Assembly: GCA_964035545.1 (NCBI GenBank)
Contig: OZ037765.1
Span: forward strand, 30,193,504-30,257,503
DNA length: 64,000 nucleotides
Direction of reading: 5' to 3'
From: Bugula neritina
Lineage: Eukaryota; Animalia; Bryozoa
Of this stretch, positions 30,851-42,500 are shown in pieces. The notes under the pieces were generated by a model. That model saw only the letters and a list, made by a program, of their open reading frames with translations. It made no database searches and was not told the DNA's origin. Position 1 is the stretch's first letter. Every line of letters begins with the position of its first letter. The translations under genes and the position numbers were made by a program.

Positions 30851-33800
30851 TCGACAGTCTACAGTATAGAGATTTCATGAGTTCTACGAATTAACCCCAG
30901 AGAGCTGACCTAATTTGCTTATTAAATTTAAAAATGGAAATTTCAACTATTTGAGATGACTTTCAGGTTTAGCTCAGTACAGATAATAAACTCCTATACA
31001 TTTACTGCCATTAGTATGGGGGAGGGCGTTGATGGTGAGCAAATTATCTTGTTTTTCGGTGTAGATAATTAAGGGCAGGCTCAGGTTATCAAAAGATTAA
31101 TACTTGGACTCTATGGAAATAACACACATGATATATTATATTGTAGGCTATATATGATAAATTAACCTGTAAAAGCATAATTCAAGATTGAAAAAAAAAT
31201 CAGTAGTATTTTCTGCTAATTGAGTACTTTTAATAAAGGAAAGCTAAAAATTTAATTAATAGTTTCAGTGATGTATTAGTACTTCTTACAGACAACTTTA
31301 TCTATCAACTTAGCAACTCGATCATAAATGTGTCAATGTATGTGCAGTGTATGCAAATAGCATACACTGCTTCTGATTATAGCAAGGGGTGAGAGGGATA
31401 AGTAACATGGATCTGCCAAAAATACATATTCTTTCCTAAACTCTATACCATAATGAATTGATTGCATCAGAATTAAGTGCTAAATATTTTTACACATAAC
31501 TTAATGCCTATTGTAAAACGAGATCCGAGCAGGTATTAAAGTAGCATTTCAATGCGTCAAATTCTACAGATTACTTTTACTATATGCAAAGAATAATATA
31601 TCAAATTTTAAAATTATAAATAAATAGCATTGTTTAAATATCTGAAGCTTTCAGTCTTTGGATTTTAAATTTCACGATGTTTTAGGTTTTAAAAAAGGTA
31701 CAATTCATAAAATAAAGTGGTGTTGAGCCTTATCTGAAAAATTAGACATTTATTGCCTTCAAAATCTAAAATGTTAAAACTAGTTTTAAATGAGACAACT
31801 TTTAGATTTAAAGCAAGTTTTAGCATCTGGGAGATGTGTCACTAAATTGAATTTAGCAAATTAGATGTAACAACAGATATGTCTAATTTAGTTACAGAAT
31901 TTGAGAGTTCTAAATTTGCTTTTCTTCCATTCCTGCGCATAACAGGGTAGAGTCCACAAGTGAATACTCCAAAGTCTGACCAGTTTTCAGTCTATATGTA
32001 TTCACAGATACTGGATAGACTACTATAAGAGTAGATGGTAAAATATTGAGAATCCCAAGGAGTTTCTACATGGAAGCCTTGACAACTAGCAAGCTCAGGA
32101 TAGCTGCACTAGCTACTGGGTGTTTATCAGCAGATTTTGGAGTAGTAGGTGCAGTAGTAGAGAAATTGACAAAAGCCAGATGAGAAATGTAGCAAAAGAG
32201 TCTTAGGCTGCATGTGTTCTTTTACGTTTTCAACTCAACTCCAAAGCAACATTTATAGTTAAGAAAATTAGTAAACCTATAAACATTCTTCTGCACCTAA
32301 ATATGTGAGTTTGGAGTAAGTATAGAATAATGTGGCGCCTCAATCAATAAGTACATATATATTACCAAACAGTAGATTATATTATAGAAAAGCTTACAGA
32401 TCAACGTAATACACTGTACCTGCTGGTACTTTAGGTGTTGTATAGGTAACGATAACCTATAATGTAACTAATAAGTATGTAATAAAGACTTTACATGTAC
32501 TGTACCTGCTGTGTAGTTGTGCAGGCAACTAAAAGGATAATGAAGTTAACAGGTATGAAGCAATAACTTTATAGAGACTAACAAGCTCAGCTACTCAAGT
32601 TTTATCTCTTCATCCTTATAGATATCACTTCATGTTATAAAATATTTTGTCCCAAATTTTGATGCACGAAAATGTCAACACTGGTGATAATACTGGTAGG
32701 TAAAAAACCCAACAAACATTACGTTGCTTCATTTGCCCTTTGCACTGTTACTTACAATTACTAGGATTGCTGTGAATTTGTTATCTTTAGGCTATATTTA
32801 TCATGTGACTATGCTATATAGTAATAACCTAATGATTTGGAAATAAACTTGGAAAACATTTGAAAAATAGTCATAAGCGTAGAGCTAACTTGGCAGGCAA
32901 CTGTAGTATCTGATTAATATAGAAAAGATTGTGTTTTCATGAAAAACATTAACAAAATGATTCAATCATATAATATGCAGTGTAAACTTGCACAGTGAAA
33001 TTATTATGGCAACAGATAAAGCCATTGAAATGCTTGCAAAGCCTGTAAAAAGAAGCTCAACTAAAACATTCACAGAAATTATTAGAGGTTACCAGAGACC
33101 GCATTAATTAGAACATTTTTTGCATCTATTTAGCATTTTATCAAGAGCTGTAAAAGATATTTTATTTCACTTGAGTTATTATTGAACTAGTAAGCTGTAT
33201 GGTTGCAGCAGGATGAGTGTTTGAATTTACGGTGAAAAACATTGTAATTTGTTCTGTTATATATTATATAACAAAGTTGGTACTTCTCTATTAGGCATAG
33301 GTGGCATTGCTTAGATGTTGTTTCTCATTACTTTTCCAGGAGAATGGATTTTATATTCAATGTTTGGAAACAGTTGCATCGAAGGAAACCACAGCCATAA
33401 GTTAATGCAAACTGCAACCACCAATTCATCTTATACTGGCCAGGCCATCCACATAATCCCTCATTCACACTTTGCGTATCATATGCCGTAAAATATCAGC
33501 CATTAGCAACGATCTATGGAACTTTATTGGACAATTATATCCGATGAGTTAACGAAAAAGCTTTTCTGTCAAATAGAAGTCGCCGCAACATGCATTTTTT
33601 AATCAAGCGGCGCTTGCAACGCCGTACAGGAGGCTCAGACATTTGTAAAAATGGCTGATATTTGCTGTTACAGCGTACTGTAAAGTGTAAATAGGGATAT
33701 AGCTGGTTGAATGGCTGCCGATTTTTCATGATTCTTGAGATGCCATATGTGTTTGCTTAGTTTGTGGAATGTTAATATTTATGGTGCATGAAAGAACTAG

Positions 33801-33969
33801 TATAAGGTCATATAATACTATAGTAGGTTGTATATGTATATGGGGTTACATGCTGAAAACCTAGCATGTGTACTCTAAATAAGAAATCCAAACTAACCTC
33901 TGCATGTAGGCACAGCTATAATAAGCCTACATTATTTTTAATGCTTAGGCTTTATTGTATCGTATCACA

Positions 33970-34673
33970 ATCACTGGCTTTCCATGTACCGATCTCAGAT
34001 CGATCTCAGATCGATCTCAGCTAGATCAATCCATGGAAAGACGCCAAAGATCGATCTGAGAAGTAGAAAAAGACTGCGGGCGCTACAATGTTGTCTGCTA
34101 ATAAAAATGATAACTTACTGATAATTACTAAGCAAAGTATTAAATAATTATGATAGCCACCTTTTCAGATGCCAAAACTTTGATTTTCAGTACAATGATT
34201 AAAAAAACTCAATTATATGCAGTAGAAGGTAAAAAATTGGGAGAATTTGAATCGAATTTAAATGACTATTAAAACTTAGTTTCATTAGCTATTTTCTTTG
34301 TAATTTTAAGCCTAACAGTCCTGTAAGTTTATTAATAATCTGCAAGACAGCCATTAATTTTATATAAGCTGTCAAGCTAAAAAATTAAAATTAATTATTT
34401 TAAATTGGCCAAATTACCATACACTGAAAGCTTTGCTGCGTATAGTTTATAGCTGGGATTAAATTTTAGACTACGACCATCTTGTTTTCAACAGCAGTAG
34501 CTTTAATCACTCAAATAGGTGAACAAATTATACTTTTAAAGTATCCATCACTTAAAAGGAGGCAACTTCGCGAGATCGATCTGACACTCTCATGGAAAAA
34601 CGATCGATCTGAGCACATTTCTCAGATCGATCTTGCTGAGATCGATCTGATCGGTAAATGGAAAGCCCGTGAT
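33970..34673. mobile_element. Non-autonomous TIR element (MITE, ~700 bp) with subterminal AGATCGATCT palindrome arrays
   Basis: Left ATCACTGGCTTTCCATGTACCGATC matches the reverse complement of the right end, ATCACGGGCTTTCCATTTACCGATC (2 mismatches in 25). Repeated GATCGATC motifs at both ends, AT-rich non-coding core. No clear TSD. Confidence 0.8.
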
Positions 34674-35924
34674 AGTCTATTGTACTTTAATATTTGTGCT
34701 ATTTTAAGTCCTTGTATGTTACATCTTAGACATTGTGTCCTTATCAGTCACCCTGCCGCGTACCATTTGTTTTTCATGCCATGAAACAATTGTGTAGGTT
34801 AATCATTTTAAATATACATCATAATCACTGATCATGTTTGACCTAAAAGTTATAGTATCAATATTCAGCTCAATTTCTCCCTGTTTAATGGCTGCTCTTC
34901 AACAATATCATGTGTGTGTGCATATACAGCAACAAACAACATGCAGTATGTTATAAAAAATTTTCATGTGTGGGAATGTTATCTTTCTAAAGAATGTCAA
35001 TACTCTTGAAGTGGGCAATATATAGTACCCGGCTCACTTTTTGGCAGGTTTATAGTTGTGAAGTTTCTGTGAACAACTGTTGTTGTGGTCTTAGCTATGA
35101 TTAACAATGATTAATGGGAATGGTTGGGCACTGCACACCCCCCCCCAACTCTGAACTAATGATGAGTCAGTAAAATACAGTTCGTTTTTTCAAAGTTATT
35201 GGAGATGATTTATCCTTTTCTGCAAAGACCCAATGTTTCTCAGACCTTCAGCAAATATAAACCTCTTTTTCATATTAATGACGACTCCAAATTAGCTACC
35301 AGGTTCAAAGTCATCAGTTATTTAATATTATGTTTAGCATAAGTGGGATCCTGGTACCTATAGTAATAAATAATGGGTGTGTCTATTTGCTGCCAAATCG
35401 AAAGCTTTCCTAGGAATTTAATTGAGAGTAAAGCTCTTTTTAACAAGCTTTAATTTAAGCTTTTCTCACCAAAATTTGCTAGTCTGATCGATTTAATCTC
35501 ACTTAAAATCCACAATTCCTTCTCACCTATCACTACTTTGTCCTGTTATTAACTTTAAATCAATATTGCAAAGAGAACATTTAGTGTTTGACTTTTTGGT
35601 GGATTAATAGTTTGCAAGTTTACACTTACCTTGGGAAATGCTTGAAAACTAGGAAAGTGTTATATTGCTGCCCTTTTGGCTATACAGCTCAGAAGTCAAT
35701 AAAGAAACTTGAACGTGATCTTGTGTATACAGCCTGGCTAATATTTTCGGTCAAGTATAAAATACTAATGTCACAATTTTATTTACACAATTAGGCTTCA
35801 TAGAGACAGTATTTATGCTAATATGTAAACAATGCTCTCAATGCTAATACCAAAATATTCCTATTAAATACTGTTCTTGTTTCGATGACCTCGTGATAGT
35901 AGTATGCCTATTGAGCTACTTTAA

Positions 35925-35945
35925 AGTTGCGTTTATACCTTCACG
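35925..35945 (+). mobile_element. Solo TIR remnant of the same MITE family as 51727-52192
   Basis: TAA|AGTTGCGTTTATACCTTCACG matches the reverse complement of the right end of the 51727-52192 element at 20 of 21 positions. Confidence 0.65.
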
Positions 35946-36501
35946 TGTGGTAGAGGAGCTGCTAATTGGTATAACATGTGCAGGGTTAACAGTGGACACG
36001 TGGTGTCAGAACACGATGTAGGGATACATCATGTGCCATGCATATTGACTGCATACACTAGCTCCAGTCATCACACTCGGGCACTTGACTCGTGAGGGAA
36101 ATCACATGCATACTGCCTCAGGTGCCATCTTTATCATATGGTCACCTTTGGTCACCTTTCACCGCTGTGGTCCTTCGCGGGTGGCGGGCCATCTTTTATC
36201 ATAATATTATGTCTATTTCTATTTGTTTATCTTTTACTGATATTCATTTATGAGACTTGATATTGATTGCTTGTGGCAAGTTGTATTATAAACAAATATT
36301 GTCTGGTTAAAAGTAAAAAAATAATAAATTAGAAAAAGTTATAGTAAATCACCTGTATGAGCCATAAGTATTTTACTAGTGGACATGAGGTTTAAGGAGA
36401 TAACTCCTTGTCACGCCTTCACTAATAAAGACCAAATTTTACCATAAATGCCAATGTTAATATAGTTTTTGTATTTGAAAATATGATTCAGGTATGTGAT
36501 G

Positions 36502-39500
36502 TTAGCCTGCAGACTCTAGATCTTTTGTCTTGGCAAGAAGACGATCGTATTTTACTTTGAGTACAACTATAATAGCAACAAGTATTACGAGTATAACTGT
36601 AGCCACACTGCCCACCATAAGTCCCACTGTAAGTGCTTCGCTCTTTTCACCTGCAGAAAAACAAAGTAAGAACATCTTCAAAATGCTTTACAATAATTAT
36701 CGTAGTTAAAAAATCCATGTTTAGTTGCACAGACATTAGAGGTTAGAGAAACAGCCTACACACAATACATATAACTGCCAATTAACTAAAATATTTTGAA
36801 AAATCACAGAATTAACCACTAGATTTTAACAGACAAATGAAAGATCTCGTACCTGTAGCACTAATAGGACTAATAACTCCAGATTTTGCTAATCCTGAGG
36901 TTCTAGGTAAACACATGAAGAAGCCAGGCATGTTGATGCAGTGATACGTGTTTTTGTCACACAAAGTTTCTAAGAACTTTGTGTTGTTACACTCGTTAAT
37001 ATCTAAACAGTCGTAGCCATTGCTACTCAACTCCCAGACGTCATCAGTATAACCCTGAGTTTGCCCAGTACCGTCAGCTTTGAAACAAGAGCATTGGAAT
37101 CCACTGAGAGTATCGGTACAGACATGAGCACAGCCGCCATTGTTGGTTAAACACTCATTCTTAGGACCACAATCAGTGTTATTCATTGTGATGGCTTCTC
37201 CACTTGTCAGGTGACAGGAACAGACGTACATATAGTCACTAGTCCATTCACATCTGCTTCCTATACAAACAGAATATAGCATGACATTTCTTACATAAAA
37301 ATGGAAATGGTTTGGCCCACATGAAGGAAGACAATTCCATTCTTCAAGTTAAATAATGTTCCAAGTTCATATTTTCCCTGGTGTTCTTCTGTTGACTAAT
37401 CAATTATTCTCAGCTTTTTAAGGTATGTGAATACTAATTTAATATTTCCAAAACACAATCCGTTGAAAGATTTTTTTAACCTAGTGCTTCTCCAAAACTT
37501 AACAGAAAAGCTTATATTGCATAATTCACATAGTTATAATATTACTATGTGGTCAATTGGCATATTTTACTTGAATAAACTTATATGTGATGGCTTAAAA
37601 CTTTTTGGAAAATAATTATTATCCATACCTTTATTGGTACAACTAGAAATCATGGGATGCGAAGATCTGGTCATTTCTTTATGAGTTGGGCATGAGCAGT
37701 AGTATCCACCAACTGTGTTCACACACTGGTCACTGCACTCGTGATTACTGCCTCGGCATTCATCGATATCAGCACAGCTCTTCCCATCATCCTTCAGCGC
37801 ATATCCTGGTCTGCAGAGGCAGATGTGACCACCGAGTCGGTTGTCACACAGATGCTCACATCCACCATTGTTAACCATACACTCATCTACATCCTCACAC
37901 GTCGTGCCATTAAATGGTGTAGCGTCACCATTTACTTTGCAGTAACACAGAGTTCCGTAGTAGAAGTAAGAATCGCAGTACAAAGTTCCAACTACAAGAG
38001 ATGTGTGCAATCGTGTTACTTAACATAAAACAATATAATATATGATGCTTTTACAACATGAGACATAATTTCTTAGAATCATAGTTTTGAGTGGTTAATG
38101 CTTGCTTCTGAAATAACTTAAAATTAGTTACATGAAAACCAACTTAGAAATTGTGTAGTGTTAGCTTACACAAGCAACATGGTTTAATGCAGCCTGTTGG
38201 TTATTAAAAAAAATAGTTGATACATTTAATAGGCAGTTTTTGCTACTAACATTAGATTAATTACAAATAAATTTTTAGAGACTAGTATAAGGTAGTAAAC
38301 TGCATTTACATATTATTTTGAGAGAAATTTTATCCACCAAGATAATATTTCATTACTGTCATATTATCTATTGTTAGATTAGGTTTTGAATCAAATGGTT
38401 TTACAATTTAAGCTTGAAAAAATCAGCTTTATAAACTAATTTATCGGTAGAAAATTTGTTCCACAGCATTGATTTGCTGAAATTGAGACTTTGTTTAAAG
38501 AACTGTGTTTTGCTGAAACCCATTTGAAAGGCGGCTGGAAAAAATTATTTGGCAAAGTCTTTATTCAACATACCATCACAATTAGTTGGAGATGGTGGTC
38601 TCAGTTTATATCCTTTCCTACAGGCACAATAGTAGCCTCCTAGAGTGTTGATGCAGACATCTGAACATCCGCCATTGTCAGTTAGACACTCATTTACATT
38701 GACTGCAAACTTTCCATCTTTTCCATCATCACCTGCATCTCCTTTCAATCCAGTATCTCCTTTTATGCCAACATCTCCACGTACACCTTTAGGACCGCTG
38801 TCTCCAACAGCTCCTTTGGCCCCAACATCGCCAATTGCACCTTTTTGTCCCAAATCTCCTTTTTGGCCCTGGCTTCCTTGTATGCCTTTGGCACCAACAG
38901 CACCTTCAGTGCCATTAAGACCTGGTGCCCCAGGAAGTCCTTTAACACCTGGAGAACCAACTAAGCCTTTAGCTCCAACTGCCCCCACTTCTCCTTTAGC
39001 TCCTGGAGATCCAACAGGTCCAATGCTACCAGCGTCTCCCTTAACTCCTGGGACGCCTCTTTCACCTGTTGCTCCAGTTGCACCTGCTTCCGCAGCTTCA
39101 CCATTCAGGCCTGGAAGTCCCTGATCTCCTTGAACGCCTTTAGTACCAGGTTCACCTTTAGCACCCACTATTCCTTGTTCACCAGGTAGACCATCTAGTC
39201 CAGGCTGCCCGGGTACACCAGGTGCACCTTTGACTCCAGGAGAACCTTGAGCACCTTTTGATCCGGTTAAGCCATCTATGCCTGGGATTCCAGGAAAACC
39301 TGGCAGTCCTTTACTACCTGCAACTCCTTTTGCACCAGTTGCACCAGTAGAGCCAATACCATCTCCACCAAATTCAAAACCAGCTGGTTCACCTTTTTGG
39401 CCAACTAGTCCTCTTTCTCCAGTTGCTCCCAGACCGCCAGGCAAGCCAGGCTGCCCAACATCTCCTTTTATTCCTTTAACACCAGGTGCACCCGGAGCAC

Positions 39501-42500
39501 CAATAGGGCCATCAAATCCTATTTCACCCTGAAGCCCAGATTCTCCAGGAGCACCAATTGCACCAGGAGCACCTGGCACACCTTGGTTTCCTTTAGGGCC
39601 AGTAGCACCCGGGCCACCAAATCCTCCACTTCCGGGCTCTCCCCTCTCTCCTTTCTCTCCAGGAGCACCAGGTAATCCTAAAATTAATATATTCAAAAAT
39701 TTGCAATTATAATGTGGATTTAATTTGACAGCAAAACATCACAATTTTATTTTCTAAATTAAAAACGTGTGTATTATATAGTGAAATATAATTAACAAAT
39801 TTGTAATTCCTAAAAATATTATGTAGCCATTTGAATGCTTGTTATTTTTATATAACCACTTATACGCTTACCTTGCTGGCCAGTACTACCAGTTTTACCA
39901 GGTGCACCACGTTCACCATCTTCGCCATTAAAACCAGGGAGTCCAATATCACCCTTGCTACCAGGAAATCCTCTCAGACCTGACACACCAGTGGCACCAA
40001 TAGACCCAGGACCGCCATCCCCTGGCAATCCTCTTAAGCCTCTTGGACCTGGCTCTCCTTTTGTCCCAGAGTTACCTGGTCTACCATTTCTTCCTTGAGG
40101 ACCAGTTGCACCAGGTACTCCAGGGGCACCAGGTAGGCCATTTGTACCCTGAACTCCTGATTCACCTTTGCGCCCTCGAAAGCCTCTTAATCCTGGTGAA
40201 CCAGTTGCACCTCTAACCCCAGTTGCACCTGTTCCCCCACCGGCTACCCCAGGGGCACCAGGCTCTCCTTTAAATCCAGGAAAACCACGGAGTCCATCAA
40301 ACCCAGGAAGTCCTGGTTCTCCTGCTTCTCCTTTAATACCCGGCAGCCCTGGTAAACCAATTGGTCCAGGAGCACCCTCTCGGCCTTCCCCTCTTTCTCC
40401 TTTATCACCTTTCAAACCATTTCGGCCAGTTGCACCAGTAGCACCCAATACTCCCTCAGAATATTTACCAGGCTCTCCTTTCAAACCAGGCCTTCCTGGA
40501 AACCCAGGCCGTCCAGTACGTCCAGATGCACCTGTTGCACCAGTTGCACCAGTTACACCATCAAAACTGTCGCCAGGTGCACCTGGGAATCCTTGCAAGC
40601 CAGTTGCTCCTATTAGACCTCTAGGACCAGTAGCACCAGTTGCTCCTATTTCACCATCACCACCATCACCAGGTTCTCCTTTTAATCCTGGAAACCCTCG
40701 TTCACCAGGTAGTCCAGGCAGCCCATTAGCCCCAGGAACTCCAGTAGCTCCAGTAGAGCCATCGAATCCAAATGCTCCAGAGTCACCTTTGAACCCACGC
40801 AAACCTGGTTGCCCAGGATTCCCTCTCAAACCAGGAATTCCTGGCTCGCCCTGCTTGCCAGGCAAGCCAGGCTCACCAGGAGCTCCATCTTTTCCTCGTT
40901 CTGTACCAGGTTCACCTTTCAATCCAATTAGCCCAGTAGCACCTGTGCTACCAAATTGTCCTGGCTGTCCAGGTTTTCCTGTGCTGCCAGTTGCTCCAAC
41001 TTCTCCATCAAGCCCAGGAAGACCGTCATCTCCTTTAATGCCTGGTAAGCCTCTCAAACCGATAGCTCCAGTTGCACCAATTTGACCAGGCTCTCCACTA
41101 AAACCTCGCTTTCCTTCTTTTCCAGTTGCTCCATCATCTCCTGGCCTACCAGGAAAGCCTTGAAATCCTGCATCGCCTTTTTCTCCGGGTAACCCAGGCT
41201 GACCATCAGATCCTGGTGTCCCTTGTAGCCCAGTAGCACCAGTGGCTCCATCATCACCCCAAACACCGCTTTCTCCTTTTTGCCCTTTGGAGCCAGTAGC
41301 ACCTGTTGCACCATCTTCTGCAACCCCAGTTGCTCCAACTTTTCCTGTTGCACCAACTCTTCCAGGAATGCCTGGAAAACCAATTTCACCCTTTTGACCA
41401 CGCAAACCGGGCAATCCTCTATACCCATCTCTACCTGCTCGTCCATCTCTCCCAGGTGCACCAACTGCTCCAGCAAAACCTTGAATTCCTCTTTCTCCTT
41501 TTTGGCCTACCCTACCTCTGGCACCTGGATACCCTTGACGACCAGGTTGACCAGGCTGACCAGTGGCACCAATTGTACCAGTACTTCCTCTTTGACCATC
41601 AATACCTGGTTGACCATAAGCACCCCGTTGACCAGGGCGACCAGGAAGACCATCAAATCCAGGACGTCCAACAGGACCTGTTGCACCTGGCTGACCAGGC
41701 TGTCCAGGTGCCCCAGTTATGCCTCTACTACCTGGAACGCCGTCTTGTCCAGGGGTTCCCTGCTCACCCTTAGATCCCCTCTGACCAGAAAGTCCAGGCT
41801 GCCCACGAACTCCAGGCCTGCCATTCTGGCCTGGTCTACCATCTCGGCCCGGATAGCCTTGTCTTCCTGTACTACCTCTGTCACCTGGTAAACCCCTTGA
41901 GCCAGGCCTACCATCACTGCCAGGCAAGCCATCCAAACCTCTATTACCAGAGATACCTCTATCACCTTGTCGACCAGGCTGTCCAGGTTGACCGGCTGCA
42001 CCTTTTAATCCAGGAGCACCAGTTGCACCTCTACTTCCATCTAAACCATCTTCTCCTTGTTGTCCTGGCTGACCATCTCTACCTGGTCTACCATCCGTTC
42101 CAGGAAAACCATCTCTACCTGGTGATCCTCTTTGCCCAGGTGAGCCCCTTTGACCAGTTCTTCCAGGTTGACCATCACGACCAGGTTCACCACGCTGACC
42201 TGGAGATCCAGGTTGACCACGCTGACCCGGTGAGCCTCGTTCTCCTTGTCTGCCAGGATAACCGTCTCTCCCATCATTTCCTTTTGTACCTTGTTGGCCT
42301 GGCTGTCCATCTCTTCCAGTTTCTCCTCTTCTTCCTGGTGAGCCTGGAGAGCCTCGCTGTCCAGCTTTCCCATCAAAGCCTAAAATATTCCACCAAAAAT
42401 TATGATTGTAATCAATTTATATATTATATAGTATGTATATGATGAAATAAAAAATTATTCTTCTAATTTTTGCTTGTGTAGACCATTCTATTGAGTTTAA

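Noticed and set aside
33490-33665. 14-bp inverted repeat AAATATCAGCCATT / AATGGCTGATATTT and ORF 33535-33729
   Set aside because: Probably an eroded repeat fragment, but termini and TSD cannot be defined and the ORF has no recognisable content.
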